From positions 32,001 to 96,000 of the forward strand of contig CAWJMT010000036.1 in the NCBI GenBank assembly GCA_963844035.1: 64,000 bases of DNA. The letters are read 5' to 3'. Positions 51,307 through 61,963 of this stretch are shown in pieces. A model generated the notes under the pieces. That model saw nothing but the letters and a program-made list of their open reading frames with translations. It was not told where the DNA came from and did no database searches. Position 1 is the first letter of the stretch; each line of letters begins with the position of its first letter. The stretch is from an uncultured Gemmatimonadales bacterium. GTDB lineage: Bacteria > Gemmatimonadota > Gemmatimonadetes > Gemmatimonadales > GWC2-71-9. Both the position numbers and the translations under genes were made by a program.

Positions 51307-52386
51307 ATGACCAGCCCAGCGTTCGGCCGCTTCTTCCTCCCCGGTCCCACCGATGTCCATCCCGATGTGCTTGCGGCCATGGAGCGGCCCATGATCGGGC
51401 ACCGCTCGAGCGCGATGGAGCAGCTCATGGGCGGCATGGCGGCGCCGCTTGGCCGGCTGTTCCGCACGTCTCGTCCGGTGCTCGTCGGTACCGCCTCGGC
51501 AACGGGGTTCATGGAGATGGCCGTCCGCAACGGCGTGGCGCGCCGCGCCCTCTCCCTCGTGAACGGCGCGTTCAGCGAGCGATTCGCCGACATGGTCGGC
51601 GCTTCTGGGAAGGAGTGCATCCGGCTCGAGGTGCCGCTCGGGAGCGCCGTGGAGCCTGACCTGCTGCGGGACGCGTTGCGCCGCACGCCGGTCGACGCCG
51701 TCACGCTCGTACACTCGGAGACCTCGACGGGCGTGCTGCAGGACGTCGCGGCGCTCGCCGCCGTGGTTCGAGAGTTCGACAACGTGCTCCTGCTTGTGGA
51801 CGCGGTCACATCGCTTGCCGGCTCCCCGGTCGAGCACGATCGCTGGGGCCTGGACTTCACGTTCACCGGCTCGCAAAAGGCGCTCGCCCTCCCGCCCGGC
51901 CTGGCGCTCGGCGTGGCCTCCGAGCGGATGCTCGAGCGGGCGAAAACCCTGCACGGGCGGGGCCTGTATTTCGACCTGGTGAGCTTCGAAGAAGCGACGC
52001 GGAAATCGCAGCCCACCAACACTCCCGCTCTCTCACTGTTTTACGCGCTCGAGGCGCAGCTTGCCCGCATCGAGCGGGAAGGCGGCGTCGAGGCCCGCTG
52101 GCAACGCCACGACGCGATGCGCCGGCGGGTGGAGGCGTGGAGCGAGCCGCACGGCGTCCGCTATGTCCCCCCCGAAGGGCGACGCAGCTGGACCGTGTCG
52201 TGCCTCCAGGTGCCCGCAGGGAAGAAATCGCAGGAGATCGTTGGCGCGCTGCAAAAGAAGGGCTGGACCATCGGCGGCGGGTACGGGGCCTTGAAAGACA
52301 AGACGATCCGCATCGGCCACATGGGGGATCACACGGTCGCGGCGCTCGACGAGCTGCTGGCCTTGGTCGCGCAGACGCTTGTATGA
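51307..52386 (+). CDS. Class V PLP aminotransferase (alanine-glyoxylate/serine-pyruvate family)
   Basis: PGPT, GHRS, HSETSTG, VDAVTS, GSQKAL, RIGHMG. Confidence 0.9.
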   Translation: MTSPAFGRFFLPGPTDVHPDVLAAMERPMIGHRSSAMEQLMGGMAAPLGRLFRTSRPVLVGTASATGFMEMAVRNGVARRALSLVNGAFSERFADMVGASGKECIRLEVPLGSAVEPDLLRDALRRTPVDAVTLVHSETSTGVLQDVAALAAVVREFDNVLLLVDAVTSLAGSPVEHDRWGLDFTFTGSQKALALPPGLALGVASERMLERAKTLHGRGLYFDLVSFEEATRKSQPTNTPALSLFYALEAQLARIEREGGVEARWQRHDAMRRRVEAWSEPHGVRYVPPEGRRSWTVSCLQVPAGKKSQEIVGALQKKGWTIGGGYGALKDKTIRIGHMGDHTVAALDELLALVAQTLV

Positions 52387-53978
52387 CCCTGCGCGTCGTG
52401 GTGGCCGACCGGGTGGCCAAGGCCGGGCTCGCGGAGCTCGAGGGATCGGCGGAAATCGAAGTCGCCAACGTCGCGGGGCAGCCGCGCGACGAGCTGCTGC
52501 GGGCCCTCGCGGGGGCGCACGCTCTTATCGTGCGGAGCGAAACGCGCGTGACGGCGGAGTTGCTGGCCCAGGCGCCGCACCTGCGAGTGATCGCTCGCGC
52601 AGGGACGGGCGTGGACAACATCGATGTCCACGCCGCCACCCGCCGGGGTGTGGCCGTCATGAATGCGCCCGGCGCCAACACCGTCAGCGCCGCCGAGCAC
52701 GCCATGGCGCTGCTGCTCGCCCTGGTGCGCCGTATCCCCGGCGCAGTGGAATCCATGCGCCGCGGCGAGTGGGATCGGAAGCGGTTCGAGGGTAGTGAGC
52801 TGCGCGGCAAGACGATGGGCATCGTCGGCCTGGGGAGAATCGGCGGGCAGGTCGCGCAGTTGGCGCGGGCGTTCGGCATGCAGCTCGTGGGCCACGATCC
52901 CTTTCTCACACCCGAGCGTGCGGCCGAGCTTCAGGCGAAGCTGGTGCCGCTGGAGCAGCTCCTCCAGGTCGCGGACGTGGTCACGCTCCACATGGCTGCC
53001 ACCGAACAGACGCATCACCTGATCAACGCCGAGCGTCTGAAGTTGATGAGGCCGACCGCCGTACTGATCAACACTGCGCGCGGGGAGCTCGTGGATGAGG
53101 CTGCGCTCGCGGAGGCGGTCCGGTCCGGCCAGATCGCAGGCGCCGCGGTGGATGTGTTCGCGGTCGAGCCCCTCGCCGCCGACTCACCGCTCCGCAACAT
53201 CGATCGCCTGATCCTCACGCCGCACCTGGCGGCTTCCACGGCCGAAGCGCAGGAGCGGGTCAGCATCGAGACGTGCGCAGCGGTGCGGGAGGCGCTTCTC
53301 CAGGGCGACCTGTCGTTCGCGATCAACGTGGCGGGGATCAGCGGGAGTGCGCTGCGGCGCCTCGGGCCCCTCCTGGATCTGTCTCGCCGGCTCGGCAGGC
53401 TGGCGCTGTCCCTCGCTCCCGCGCCTACGAAGGCGATCGAGGTAGCGTTCGGGGGTGAGGACGAGACCGCCGTTCGGCCCGTGCTTCTGGCGGCCCTCGA
53501 GGGACTCCTCTCGGCCATGGGTGTGGACCCGGTGAGTCTGGTGAATGCACAGATGATCGCCGAGGACCGCGGCATCCGCCACGCCCGCAAGACGACCGCG
53601 CCCGAGCCCGGGTTCGAGACCACGGTGAGCATCGTGTTGGAAACCGCGGAGGGACAGGTGCGCGTCGCCGGAGCGTTGGTCGGCGACAGCCACGGCCGCG
53701 TGATCCGGATCGACGACTATCACGTGGACGTCGCACCGGAAGGGTGGATGCTGGTGATCCGCAACCGGGACGTGCCCGGCGTGATCGGCAATGTGGGGAC
53801 GCTGCTTGGCGGGGCGGGGATCAATATCGGGAGCTACCACCAGGCGAGGCTCGCCGTGCCCGGCAAAGAGGCCCTCGCGGCAATCACCGTCGATCAGCCG
53901 CCCACCGATACCGTCATGCGTGCGCTGGAACGTGTGCCCGACGTGGTGCTGGTGCGGCTGGCGCAGCTAGGAGACTAG
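52383..53978 (+). CDS. serA: D-3-phosphoglycerate dehydrogenase (with ACT domain)
   Basis: RAGTGVDNID, AAEH, GLGRIG, INTARG, TPHLAAST, DVPGVIG...GINI. Confidence 0.95.
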   Translation: MTLRVVVADRVAKAGLAELEGSAEIEVANVAGQPRDELLRALAGAHALIVRSETRVTAELLAQAPHLRVIARAGTGVDNIDVHAATRRGVAVMNAPGANTVSAAEHAMALLLALVRRIPGAVESMRRGEWDRKRFEGSELRGKTMGIVGLGRIGGQVAQLARAFGMQLVGHDPFLTPERAAELQAKLVPLEQLLQVADVVTLHMAATEQTHHLINAERLKLMRPTAVLINTARGELVDEAALAEAVRSGQIAGAAVDVFAVEPLAADSPLRNIDRLILTPHLAASTAEAQERVSIETCAAVREALLQGDLSFAINVAGISGSALRRLGPLLDLSRRLGRLALSLAPAPTKAIEVAFGGEDETAVRPVLLAALEGLLSAMGVDPVSLVNAQMIAEDRGIRHARKTTAPEPGFETTVSIVLETAEGQVRVAGALVGDSHGRVIRIDDYHVDVAPEGWMLVIRNRDVPGVIGNVGTLLGGAGINIGSYHQARLAVPGKEALAAITVDQPPTDTVMRALERVPDVVLVRLAQLGD

Positions 53979-53994
53979 GGCGGGAAACGGGCAG

Positions 53995-55041
53995 CTAGAA
54001 GGCGACCGCCGCCTGTATCACCCCTTCGTTGACCGATCCCTCCAGGTCCGTCTCCCGGTGCCGGTACTCGACTTTGATCTGCGCGGTCGCGGCGAAATCG
54101 TATCGGGCGCCGACCACGACGAGCTGCTCGTCGTCGGCGACGTAGTAGGGGCCGGCCGGGTCGAAGATGAGCCCATCGTAGCGCGCATAGGGCACGAACT
54201 TCCCGAGCCTAAAGCCCGCGTAACCGTAGAATGCATCGGTGGCGGTCGTGGCCCCGCCCGCGGTGGGAGCGTGGGTGATATGCTGGTACTCCCCGAGCAG
54301 TTCCAATGCGTTCCCAAAATACACGGCGTACCCACCGAACATTTGCTGCGTGAGCCCGGCCAGGACGGTATCGCCGGGGGTGAGGGGCGCGTCGACGGGA
54401 GCCCCGTAGACTCGGGGGGTGCCTTGGGCGATGTGATCGTTGTAGTAGTTGACCCCAACCTTGAGGGCATGGGTGACCTGAGAATGCAGGGCGAGGGTCA
54501 CCGACTTGGGCGAATCGTTGTCGTCGATGGGCGTCGAGCCGATCCCGTTGCCGATCATCGCGTCGAAGCCCAGGTGGAGCGCGGTGAGGTCACGGCCCGC
54601 GACCAGCAGCCCGGTCGTGTGGATTGGGAGAATCCCGCCGTCGTCCTCGAACAGATACATATCCGGCCGCTCGATGGTCGGCTGCATGAGCGCCCCGTGG
54701 TGGTATGCGTTGTTCCAATACCCGAAGGGCGTGTGGTGTTTTCCGACCGCGATCTGGATGTGGCTGCTGGGGCGATAGGAGATGATGAGGCGCTCCACGT
54801 CGACCACGAAGTCCCCGTCGAATTCAAATACGGTCTCTCCCAAGAACGACCACTTGGGTGCCAGTGCCGACGTGATGTACAGGTCGTATTGGCCGAGCGC
54901 GAAGTGCGGATTTGCTCCGTCAGCGTCGGATGCCGCGGCGATGACGTCGGTGAAGCCCCTGATCTGGGTGTCTTGAGCGGGCGCGCCACGCGCGGCAAGC
55001 GCCAGCGCGAGGAGCAGCACGATGCCTCGGAGTGTGCTCAT
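53995..55041 (-). CDS. Outer-membrane beta-barrel/porin-like protein
   Basis: Signal peptide, DVERL, GKHHTPFGYWN, alternating strands, C-terminal Phe. Confidence 0.78.
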   Translation of the reverse strand: MSTLRGIVLLLALALAARGAPAQDTQIRGFTDVIAAASDADGANPHFALGQYDLYITSALAPKWSFLGETVFEFDGDFVVDVERLIISYRPSSHIQIAVGKHHTPFGYWNNAYHHGALMQPTIERPDMYLFEDDGGILPIHTTGLLVAGRDLTALHLGFDAMIGNGIGSTPIDDNDSPKSVTLALHSQVTHALKVGVNYYNDHIAQGTPRVYGAPVDAPLTPGDTVLAGLTQQMFGGYAVYFGNALELLGEYQHITHAPTAGGATTATDAFYGYAGFRLGKFVPYARYDGLIFDPAGPYYVADDEQLVVVGARYDFAATAQIKVEYRHRETDLEGSVNEGVIQAAVAF

Positions 55042-55066
55042 GCGTGGTCCCTTTCCTCGCTCCACC

Positions 55067-55570
55067 TCAGCGCAACCTGTACGCCGGGTCGGATGGCGCT
55101 CGGCCATCGATGGTTACGACCTTCACCGTCTGATCCACCGCTGCCAGGTCGATGAAGGCCAGCGCGCCCGGGTGCTCCGCGACAAACCGGTTGAGCTCTG
55201 ACCCGCTGGCGATAGCCTTGGGCGGCGTGACGTCCTGTCCCTGAAACACCAACTCCATCCAGTGCCGCCGGAAGCGGTCGCTGGTCATCCCAAGGGCCGT
55301 AAGAAAAAATGCGGCTTCGGCGGTAGGATAGGTCACCAGGGCAACACGCACGCGGTTGGGAAAGGTGACGGACTGCCCGAGGTACAGACGCTGCAGGTCT
55401 GACAGCGGGAGGTTCTGCATGGGATTCGCCCGGTTCACGATCACCGCGACCTGGGCGTCGGCCGCCGCCGGCGACGCAGCCACGGCGAGCGGAAGGAAGA
55501 CGAGCAAGGCTCCGAGGCGCCGGACGGCGCTCCGTGCGACACCTCCATTGAGCAGCACTGGGGTCGTCAC
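55067..55570 (-). CDS. Small single-domain periplasmic binding protein (PstS-like fragment family); start uncertain
   Basis: Signal peptide, VAVIVN..N, LQRLYLG, FVAEHPGALAFI, VKVVTIDG. Confidence 0.75.
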   Translation of the reverse strand: MTTPVLLNGGVARSAVRRLGALLVFLPLAVAASPAAADAQVAVIVNRANPMQNLPLSDLQRLYLGQSVTFPNRVRVALVTYPTAEAAFFLTALGMTSDRFRRHWMELVFQGQDVTPPKAIASGSELNRFVAEHPGALAFIDLAAVDQTVKVVTIDGRAPSDPAYRLR

Positions 55571-55607
55571 GGGGCACACGATACGCAATGGTCCCCCCGG
55601 ATGCAAC

Positions 55608-57669
55608 CTAGTCCGCGGCGGCCTCGCGTGCCGGGTCATGCTCCCCCGCCAGCAGCCGGAACGACTGAACGGCACCGGTGAGCCGGTCGGCCGCCTCGGC
55701 GAGCTGGTTCGCGGACGACGCGACCTCTTGGGTTGAGGCGGTCTGCTGCTCACTCGACGCCGCGATCTCCTGAGTCGCCGCGAGCAATCCCATCGGTGCC
55801 CTCGGCCACGCTCTGGAGTCGGGCAGCGATCTCTTCTACGAGCGCCCGGACCTCGCCGGTCGAATTGGCGATCTCACGCCCCCAGGCATCGTTGGCTTCA
55901 GCCTCGGCCGCGACGCTGGCGAGTCCCTGCGCGGCCGTCTGCGCCGCCTCCCGCGCCGCGGCGCTGCCCTGCGCGAGCTGGATGAGGCGGTTCCGCGTCC
56001 CCTGCACACGCGCGAGAACCCCTCGTACCGTGTCCGCCGTCTCGCCGGCCGCAGCGGTCGTGACTGACGCGAGCTTGCGGACCTCGTCCGCCACCACCGC
56101 AAAGCCGCGGCCCTGTGGCCCCGCGCGGGCGGCTTCGATGGCGGCATTGAGTGCCAGCATGTTGGTCTGCGTCGCCACCGCTTTCGCCTGCTTGACGAAA
56201 CGCTGAATCTCGGTGGACGCTGTCGCCAGAGCTTCCGCCTCGGCGGCTCCCTTGCTCACCTCGTCGGCGAGCTTGGAGAGCTCCGCGGTGCTCTCGTCCA
56301 GCACCTCTTTGTTGCGTCGCGCCAGGGTCGTGAGGTTGCTGTTGCGGCGGACCGAATCCGCCGCCCCCGCGGCCAGGATCGTGATGATCTGCAGGATCTT
56401 CTGCGCGTCGTCCGCTCCGGCCCGCACCATCTGGGCCTGCTCGGCGGCCCGACGGGACAGGTCCTGACACGTGGCCGACATCTGCTCCGTGGACGCGCTC
56501 ATCTCTTGGGTGGACGCGGAAATCTCCGCCGCCATAGCGGCCGCTTCGTCCGCCGCCGTACGGATGGCGCCGACGAGCCGGCGCAGCGCGACGACCATCC
56601 CCTGCACGGAGTTGAGCAATCCTCCTACCTCAACGTCCTCATCCGTGCGGCTTCCGATGGTGACGGATAGGTCGCCTCCCGCAACGCGGCTCGCGGCGGC
56701 GCCAGCCGCGCGGATCGGCCGGGTCACGCGCTCGTGGAGCCATCGCCCGCGCCGCCACAACAGCACCATCGTCAGCACCAGCAGCCCCAACGAGCTGAGC
56801 CAGATTGACCGGCGCGTGGCTCGCACCGCTGCATAGGCGCGGCTCGTCGGTTGCCGGAACAACACCCTCCACGCGCCCTTGTTGGTCAGGATCGAAACGA
56901 CCAACTCTGGTCCGCGGGACGTGGACACGATCGCCGTCGAGGACTTTTCGTCCTGGGGGATGACGCTCCACTCCGGGAGCGGTTGGAGCAGACGGGAGGC
57001 GTCTGGAGTGACGATCAGGCGACCCCCGCCGTCCACGACCTGCAGGTAGGCGCTGTCGCCGAGATCGGCCACTGCGAGCAGCCACGCCAGCTTGTCCAGC
57101 GCGAACCCGGCGCGCAGCACGCCCAGGGGCCGCCCGCCACCCGCGGGCCGGACTGCCACCGCGTATTCGATGGAGGCTGCCGCCGCGCTCGAGTCGTAGC
57201 GCGGCGCGCTCTCGAACGTTCCGTCGCGCATCGCGGCCTTCCACCATGTCTCCTGCGAGTTGTCGAGGCGCTCCGGCGGACTCGAACCGACTACGGCGAA
57301 GCCGCGGCTTTCGGTGAGGAGGATCTCGCTGATGTCGGAGTGCTGCGGGTACTCCCGGAGGAACGCCTGGAGCTCGCGACTGCCGCCGGCGCTCCGGTCG
57401 CCTGCTAGGCGGACGGCCTCGCGGGCGGCCGCGACGGTCGAGGGCGACGTGGCGAGCGCCTCGACTTCGTGCCGGCGCTCGCGCATGTAGCTCGAAGCGA
57501 GCGCGGCAACCCGGCTACTGACTTCCACTCCCCGCTCATTGGCGAGATGCTCGAGGGTCCGCCGGGCGGCGTCGCCTCCGATAACTGCCAGAGCCGCCAC
57601 GAGTAGCGCGGCGACCGCCGTCCCTTTGAGGAGGAAGCTCGACCGGAGTTGCTGGAACCAGAGCGCCAT
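55608..57669 (-). CDS. Methyl-accepting chemotaxis protein with Cache-like sensor and HAMP domain (frameshift near 55790)
   Basis: Two TMs, [37 protein letters not shown]. Confidence 0.92.
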
Positions 57670-57745
57670 GAGGGCTGAAGTCGCTAAGGTATGGCGGGTT
57701 ACACACGGGGGCAAGTCCGCTTAATTTCAAGCACTTATGGGAAAC

Positions 57746-60145
57746 ATGCCGACGTACGACCCGGCCACCGTCGAGACTGCCTGGCAGGCGCGCTGGGAGC
57801 GTGACCGCACCAACGAGCCGGAGCTCGACCACCCGCGCCGCCCGTTCTACAACCTCATGATGTTCCCCTACCCGTCGGCGGAGGGGCTCCACGTCGGTAA
57901 CATGTTTGCCTTCACGGGCGCCGACATCTACGGGCGGTTCAAGCGCCTGCAGGGCTACGACGTGTTCGAGCCGATCGGCTTCGATGCGTTCGGCATCCAC
58001 TCCGAGAACTACGCCCTCAACATCGGCGCGCACCCCGCACGTCTCATTCCTCAGAACATCGCCACGTTCCGGCGGCAGCTGCGCCGGTTCGGGGGGATGT
58101 TCGACTGGCGGCACGAGCTCTCCACGACCGACCCGGCCTACTACAAGTGGACCCAGTGGCTGTTCCTCCAGCTCTTCAAGGCCGGGCTGGCCGTTCGCAA
58201 AAAGGCCGCCGTGAACTGGTGCCCGAGCTGCAAGACCGTGATCGCCAACGAGCAGGTGATCGACGGCTACTGCGAGCGCCATCCGGACGTCAAAGTCGAG
58301 CAGCGATTTCTCGAGCAATGGTTCTTCGCCATCACACGCTACGCCGAGCGGCTGCTCAACAACCTCGACACCCTTGACTGGTCGGCCAGTACCATCGCCA
58401 TGCAGCGCAACTGGATCGGCCGGAGCGAAGGGGCCGAGCTGGTGTTCGAGACCCCGGCGGGGGAAAAGATCACCGTCTTCACGACGCGGCCCGACACGGT
58501 GTTCGGAGCCACCTACATGGTGCTGGCGCCGGAGCACCCGCTTGTGGATGCACTGACCGCGGTGGAACAGCGTTCCGCCGTGCGGGCCTACCAGCGGCAA
58601 GTCGCCGCGAAAGACATCGTCGCTCGCAAGGTCGGCGACAGGACCAAAACCGGCGTCTTCATCGGCTCGTACGCCCGGAACCCGGCGACCGGCGAGGCGA
58701 TACCGATCTGGATTGCCGACTACGTGCTGATGGAGTACGGGACCGGCGCGATCATGGCGGTGCCGGCTCACGACGCGCGCGACTTCGAGTTTGCCGCTCA
58801 GTTCGGGCTCCCCGTACGGCAGGTCGTAGGCCCCGCGGGGGACGTGCTGCCGCTCGAGTCGGAAGACGGCGCGCTGATCAACTCCGGTGAGTTCGATGGA
58901 GTCCCCTGCCAGGAGGCGAAGGCGCGAATTGTGGCCTCGCTCGCGAGCCGCGGGCTGGGAACGGCCCGCGTGCAGTTCCGACTCCATGACTGGTGCATCT
59001 CCCGCCAGCGCTACTGGGGACCACCGATCCCGATCATCTATTGTGAGCGGTGCGGGCCGGTGGGCGTCCCGGAAAAGGATCTGCCGGTCGAGCTCCCCTT
59101 CATCGACGATTTCCGCCCCGATGACACCGGCGTAAGCCCGCTGGCTCGCCACCGCGAGTGGTACTTCGTGAAGTGCCCGCAATGCGGCGGGGAGGGCCGG
59201 CGTGAGACCGACGTGTCGGACACCTTCCTCGACTCGTCCTGGTACTTCCTGCGCTACCCGTCGTCAGAGGTCGACGGGCGCCCCTGGGATCCGCAGCGCA
59301 CCAAGACCTGGCTCCCGGTCAGCACGTACATCGGCGGGAACGAACACGCGGTGCTGCACCTGCTGTACTCCCGGTTCATCACGATGGTGCTGCACGAGCT
59401 CGGGCACGTGGAGTTCGAAGAGCCATTCCCGAAGCTGCGGGCTCACGGGCTCATCATCAAAGACGGCGCGAAGATGTCCAAGTCACGGGGCAACGTCGTG
59501 GTGCCGGACGCGTTCATCCAAAAGTGGGGTGCCGACACGTTCCGGATGTATCTCATGTTTCTCGGGCCGTTCCGCGAGGGCGGCGACTTCCGTGACGAGG
59601 GGATCACGGGCGTGCGGCGTTTCCTGGACAAGGTGTGGGCCCTCGTCCACGATGCCGAGCAGGCGCCGCCGCAGGCGCTCTCGGCCGCCGTCGAGCGGAA
59701 GCTGCACCAGACCATCCTCAAGGTGACCACGGATACCGAGAGCCTCGACTACAACACGGCGATCGCGGCGATGATGGAGTACGTGAACCTGTTGCGGGAA
59801 GAAGGCGCGGCACAGCGCGCTGCCGTCGAGCCCCTGGTGGTGATGCTCGCGCCCTTTGCCCCGCATATCGCCGAAGAGCTCTGGGCCCACCTGGGGCACG
59901 CGCCGTCCGTCTTCCGGGCCGCCTGGCCCGTCTACGACGAGCGGCGTGCCGCGTCGGGTGAAGTGGAGATCGTGGTGCAGGTGAATGGGAAGGTGCGCGG
60001 GCGCCTGACGGTCGCGCGCGGCACCACCGAGCCCGACGTACTGGCGCGCGCGTTGGGGGACGATGCGGTGCGCCGGTTCATCGATGGCATGCCGATGAAA
60101 AAGACGATCTTCGTCCCGGACCGCCTGCTGAACCTGGTGGTTTAG
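57746..60145 (+). CDS. leuS: Leucine--tRNA ligase
   Basis: MFPYPS..LHVGN, FTTRPDT, GTGAIMAVPAHD, DWCISRQRYWG, KMSKS, VQVNGK. Confidence 0.97.
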   Translation: MPTYDPATVETAWQARWERDRTNEPELDHPRRPFYNLMMFPYPSAEGLHVGNMFAFTGADIYGRFKRLQGYDVFEPIGFDAFGIHSENYALNIGAHPARLIPQNIATFRRQLRRFGGMFDWRHELSTTDPAYYKWTQWLFLQLFKAGLAVRKKAAVNWCPSCKTVIANEQVIDGYCERHPDVKVEQRFLEQWFFAITRYAERLLNNLDTLDWSASTIAMQRNWIGRSEGAELVFETPAGEKITVFTTRPDTVFGATYMVLAPEHPLVDALTAVEQRSAVRAYQRQVAAKDIVARKVGDRTKTGVFIGSYARNPATGEAIPIWIADYVLMEYGTGAIMAVPAHDARDFEFAAQFGLPVRQVVGPAGDVLPLESEDGALINSGEFDGVPCQEAKARIVASLASRGLGTARVQFRLHDWCISRQRYWGPPIPIIYCERCGPVGVPEKDLPVELPFIDDFRPDDTGVSPLARHREWYFVKCPQCGGEGRRETDVSDTFLDSSWYFLRYPSSEVDGRPWDPQRTKTWLPVSTYIGGNEHAVLHLLYSRFITMVLHELGHVEFEEPFPKLRAHGLIIKDGAKMSKSRGNVVVPDAFIQKWGADTFRMYLMFLGPFREGGDFRDEGITGVRRFLDKVWALVHDAEQAPPQALSAAVERKLHQTILKVTTDTESLDYNTAIAAMMEYVNLLREEGAAQRAAVEPLVVMLAPFAPHIAEELWAHLGHAPSVFRAAWPVYDERRAASGEVEIVVQVNGKVRGRLTVARGTTEPDVLARALGDDAVRRFIDGMPMKKTIFVPDRLLNLVV

Positions 60146-61278
60146 AGGACCCGGGCAACCAGCTCGCCGACCAGGTAGCCGACACCGGCGACTCCAACCC
60201 CTACCACGAACATGTCGGTCCCGCTGCGAATCAGCCCGCGGCCCGTGAACAGGCTGCGCGCAGCACCGACCGCGAAGTGCGAGACCATGGCGATGGCGAA
60301 CGCCGTCCACGCCGCCGTCGGACCGTCGAGCACCAGAAAGGGCGCGACCGGAATGAACGCGCCGATCGCCGTTGCGCCTCCCGTGAGCCAGCCCTCCTTG
60401 AGCGGCGTTGAGTGCGCCTCGCCGATCTTCAGCTCCTCGCGTACCTGCTCCCCCAGGGCACGCTGTGGATCGCGCATCACTTCTTCGGACATCCGCCGCG
60501 CGGTGCGCGGGTCAACACCCTTGGCCTGGTACAGGAGGGCCAGCTCCTCCTCCTCGACCTCGGGCATGATCCGGATCTCTTCTTTTTCCATCTCGATCTC
60601 GTGGGCGTACACTTCCTGCTCGCTTTTCGCAGCGAGGTACCCGGACGAGCCCATCGACAGTGCATCCGCGATCATCCCCGCAATTCCGGAAACCAGGATG
60701 ACGTGCGGCGCCACGCCGGCACCGATCACGCCCGCCACGAGACCGAAGTTCGCCGTCAGCCCATCATTGAAGCCGTACACGACGTTCCGCAGGAAGCCGC
60801 CCGACCCGGTTTGATGCCAGGGCTCCGCCCCGCGCCCAGCGAGGCTCGCCAGGGTGCCGGCGTGCTCGGCCGACTCCTTCGCGAGGGTGAGCGAGACCTG
60901 GCGGGCGTCCTTCGCGTGCGACGCCGCGTGCATGTCCATGTATCCCTTCACCTCCCGCCCCTCCTCCCGCAACAAGACGGGCAGCAGGTACTGCGGGCCG
61001 AATCGTCGACCCAGCCACGCCATGACCACGGCCTTGAGTGACGGCGCGACCCGCGTAGGAACGGGATGGCCGTTGTCGGCGAGCAGCTTCTCCCACATCT
61101 CGGTGTGACGTCGCTCGACGGCCGCAAGCTGGCGGTAGATTTCCTGTTTTCCGGGGTCGGGTTCCTCCGCGGCGAGGGCGACGTAGAGGTAGGCCGCGTC
61201 GTACTCGTCCTGCCAGTGGTGGCGCCACTTGTGCAGGGTCGGTCGGTCGGGCGCGGTGGTGAGCGCGGGATGGGACAT
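60142..61278 (-). CDS. VIT1/CCC1 transporter with N-terminal ferritin/rubrerythrin-like domain
   Basis: E..AAYLY...ERRH...ESAEH; VYGFNDGL, ALSMG..YLA. Confidence 0.88.
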   Translation of the reverse strand: MSHPALTTAPDRPTLHKWRHHWQDEYDAAYLYVALAAEEPDPGKQEIYRQLAAVERRHTEMWEKLLADNGHPVPTRVAPSLKAVVMAWLGRRFGPQYLLPVLLREEGREVKGYMDMHAASHAKDARQVSLTLAKESAEHAGTLASLAGRGAEPWHQTGSGGFLRNVVYGFNDGLTANFGLVAGVIGAGVAPHVILVSGIAGMIADALSMGSSGYLAAKSEQEVYAHEIEMEKEEIRIMPEVEEEELALLYQAKGVDPRTARRMSEEVMRDPQRALGEQVREELKIGEAHSTPLKEGWLTGGATAIGAFIPVAPFLVLDGPTAAWTAFAIAMVSHFAVGAARSLFTGRGLIRSGTDMFVVGVGVAGVGYLVGELVARVL

Positions 61279-61423
61279 AGTCGAAAGATACCCTCTATGC
61301 ATGCAAGTGACTAGTTCTCAACCGGTTACGGACATGCGGGGCGGCGGGACACCCGTACGCACCGGCCGCTATCTTCCAAACGCAGCGACGTTCCGTGGCG
61401 GATTCGCATCGTATTGATAGGAG

Positions 61424-61963
61424 ATGACTATCTCGCTCGCCGTCCCGGACATCCTGATCGCTCGTGCCAAGTCGGGGGACGTCGAGGCGCTCGAAGCATT
61501 GTACCGCGCCTTCGAAACACCCGTCTACAACCTGGCTCGGCGCATCCTCCGGAATGAGGAGGATGCGGAGGATGTCTTGCAGGAGACGTTTCTCGAGGTC
61601 GTGCGCAGCATTCGCGCGTACCGTGGCGAGGGACATCTTTGGGGCTGGATTCGCCGCATCGCGGCGTCCAAAGCTCTCATGCGCATCCGCAAGGATCACG
61701 TTCGTTCCGAGGAGGCGTTCGACGAAGAGACGGTGGAAGGCACCCCGGCAGTCGGGGTGCCGGCGCACATCGATCTCGAGCGGGCGATGGCGCGATTGAG
61801 CGAGACGTCGCGCGCGGTGGTGTGGATGCACGACGTCGAGGGATACACGCACGAAGAGATCGCGGAGATGATGGGCAAGACCGTGAGTTTTTCCAAATCT
61901 CAGCTCGCGCGGGCGCACACGCGGCTCCGGCGCTACTTGGAAGGAGAAGGGATCACCCGATGA
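61424..61963 (+). CDS. ECF RNA polymerase sigma factor
   Basis: DAEDVLQETF, WIRRIA, EGYTHEEIAE, SKSQLARA. Confidence 0.92.
   Translation: MTISLAVPDILIARAKSGDVEALEALYRAFETPVYNLARRILRNEEDAEDVLQETFLEVVRSIRAYRGEGHLWGWIRRIAASKALMRIRKDHVRSEEAFDEETVEGTPAVGVPAHIDLERAMARLSETSRAVVWMHDVEGYTHEEIAEMMGKTVSFSKSQLARAHTRLRRYLEGEGITR

Noticed and set aside
17017..57669. Frameshifts in about ten genes as pseudogenes or programmed frameshifting
   Set aside because: Each gene is otherwise intact, core genes such as argB are affected, and there is no shared slippery motif. Long-read indel errors are the simplest explanation; read-level polishing would decide.
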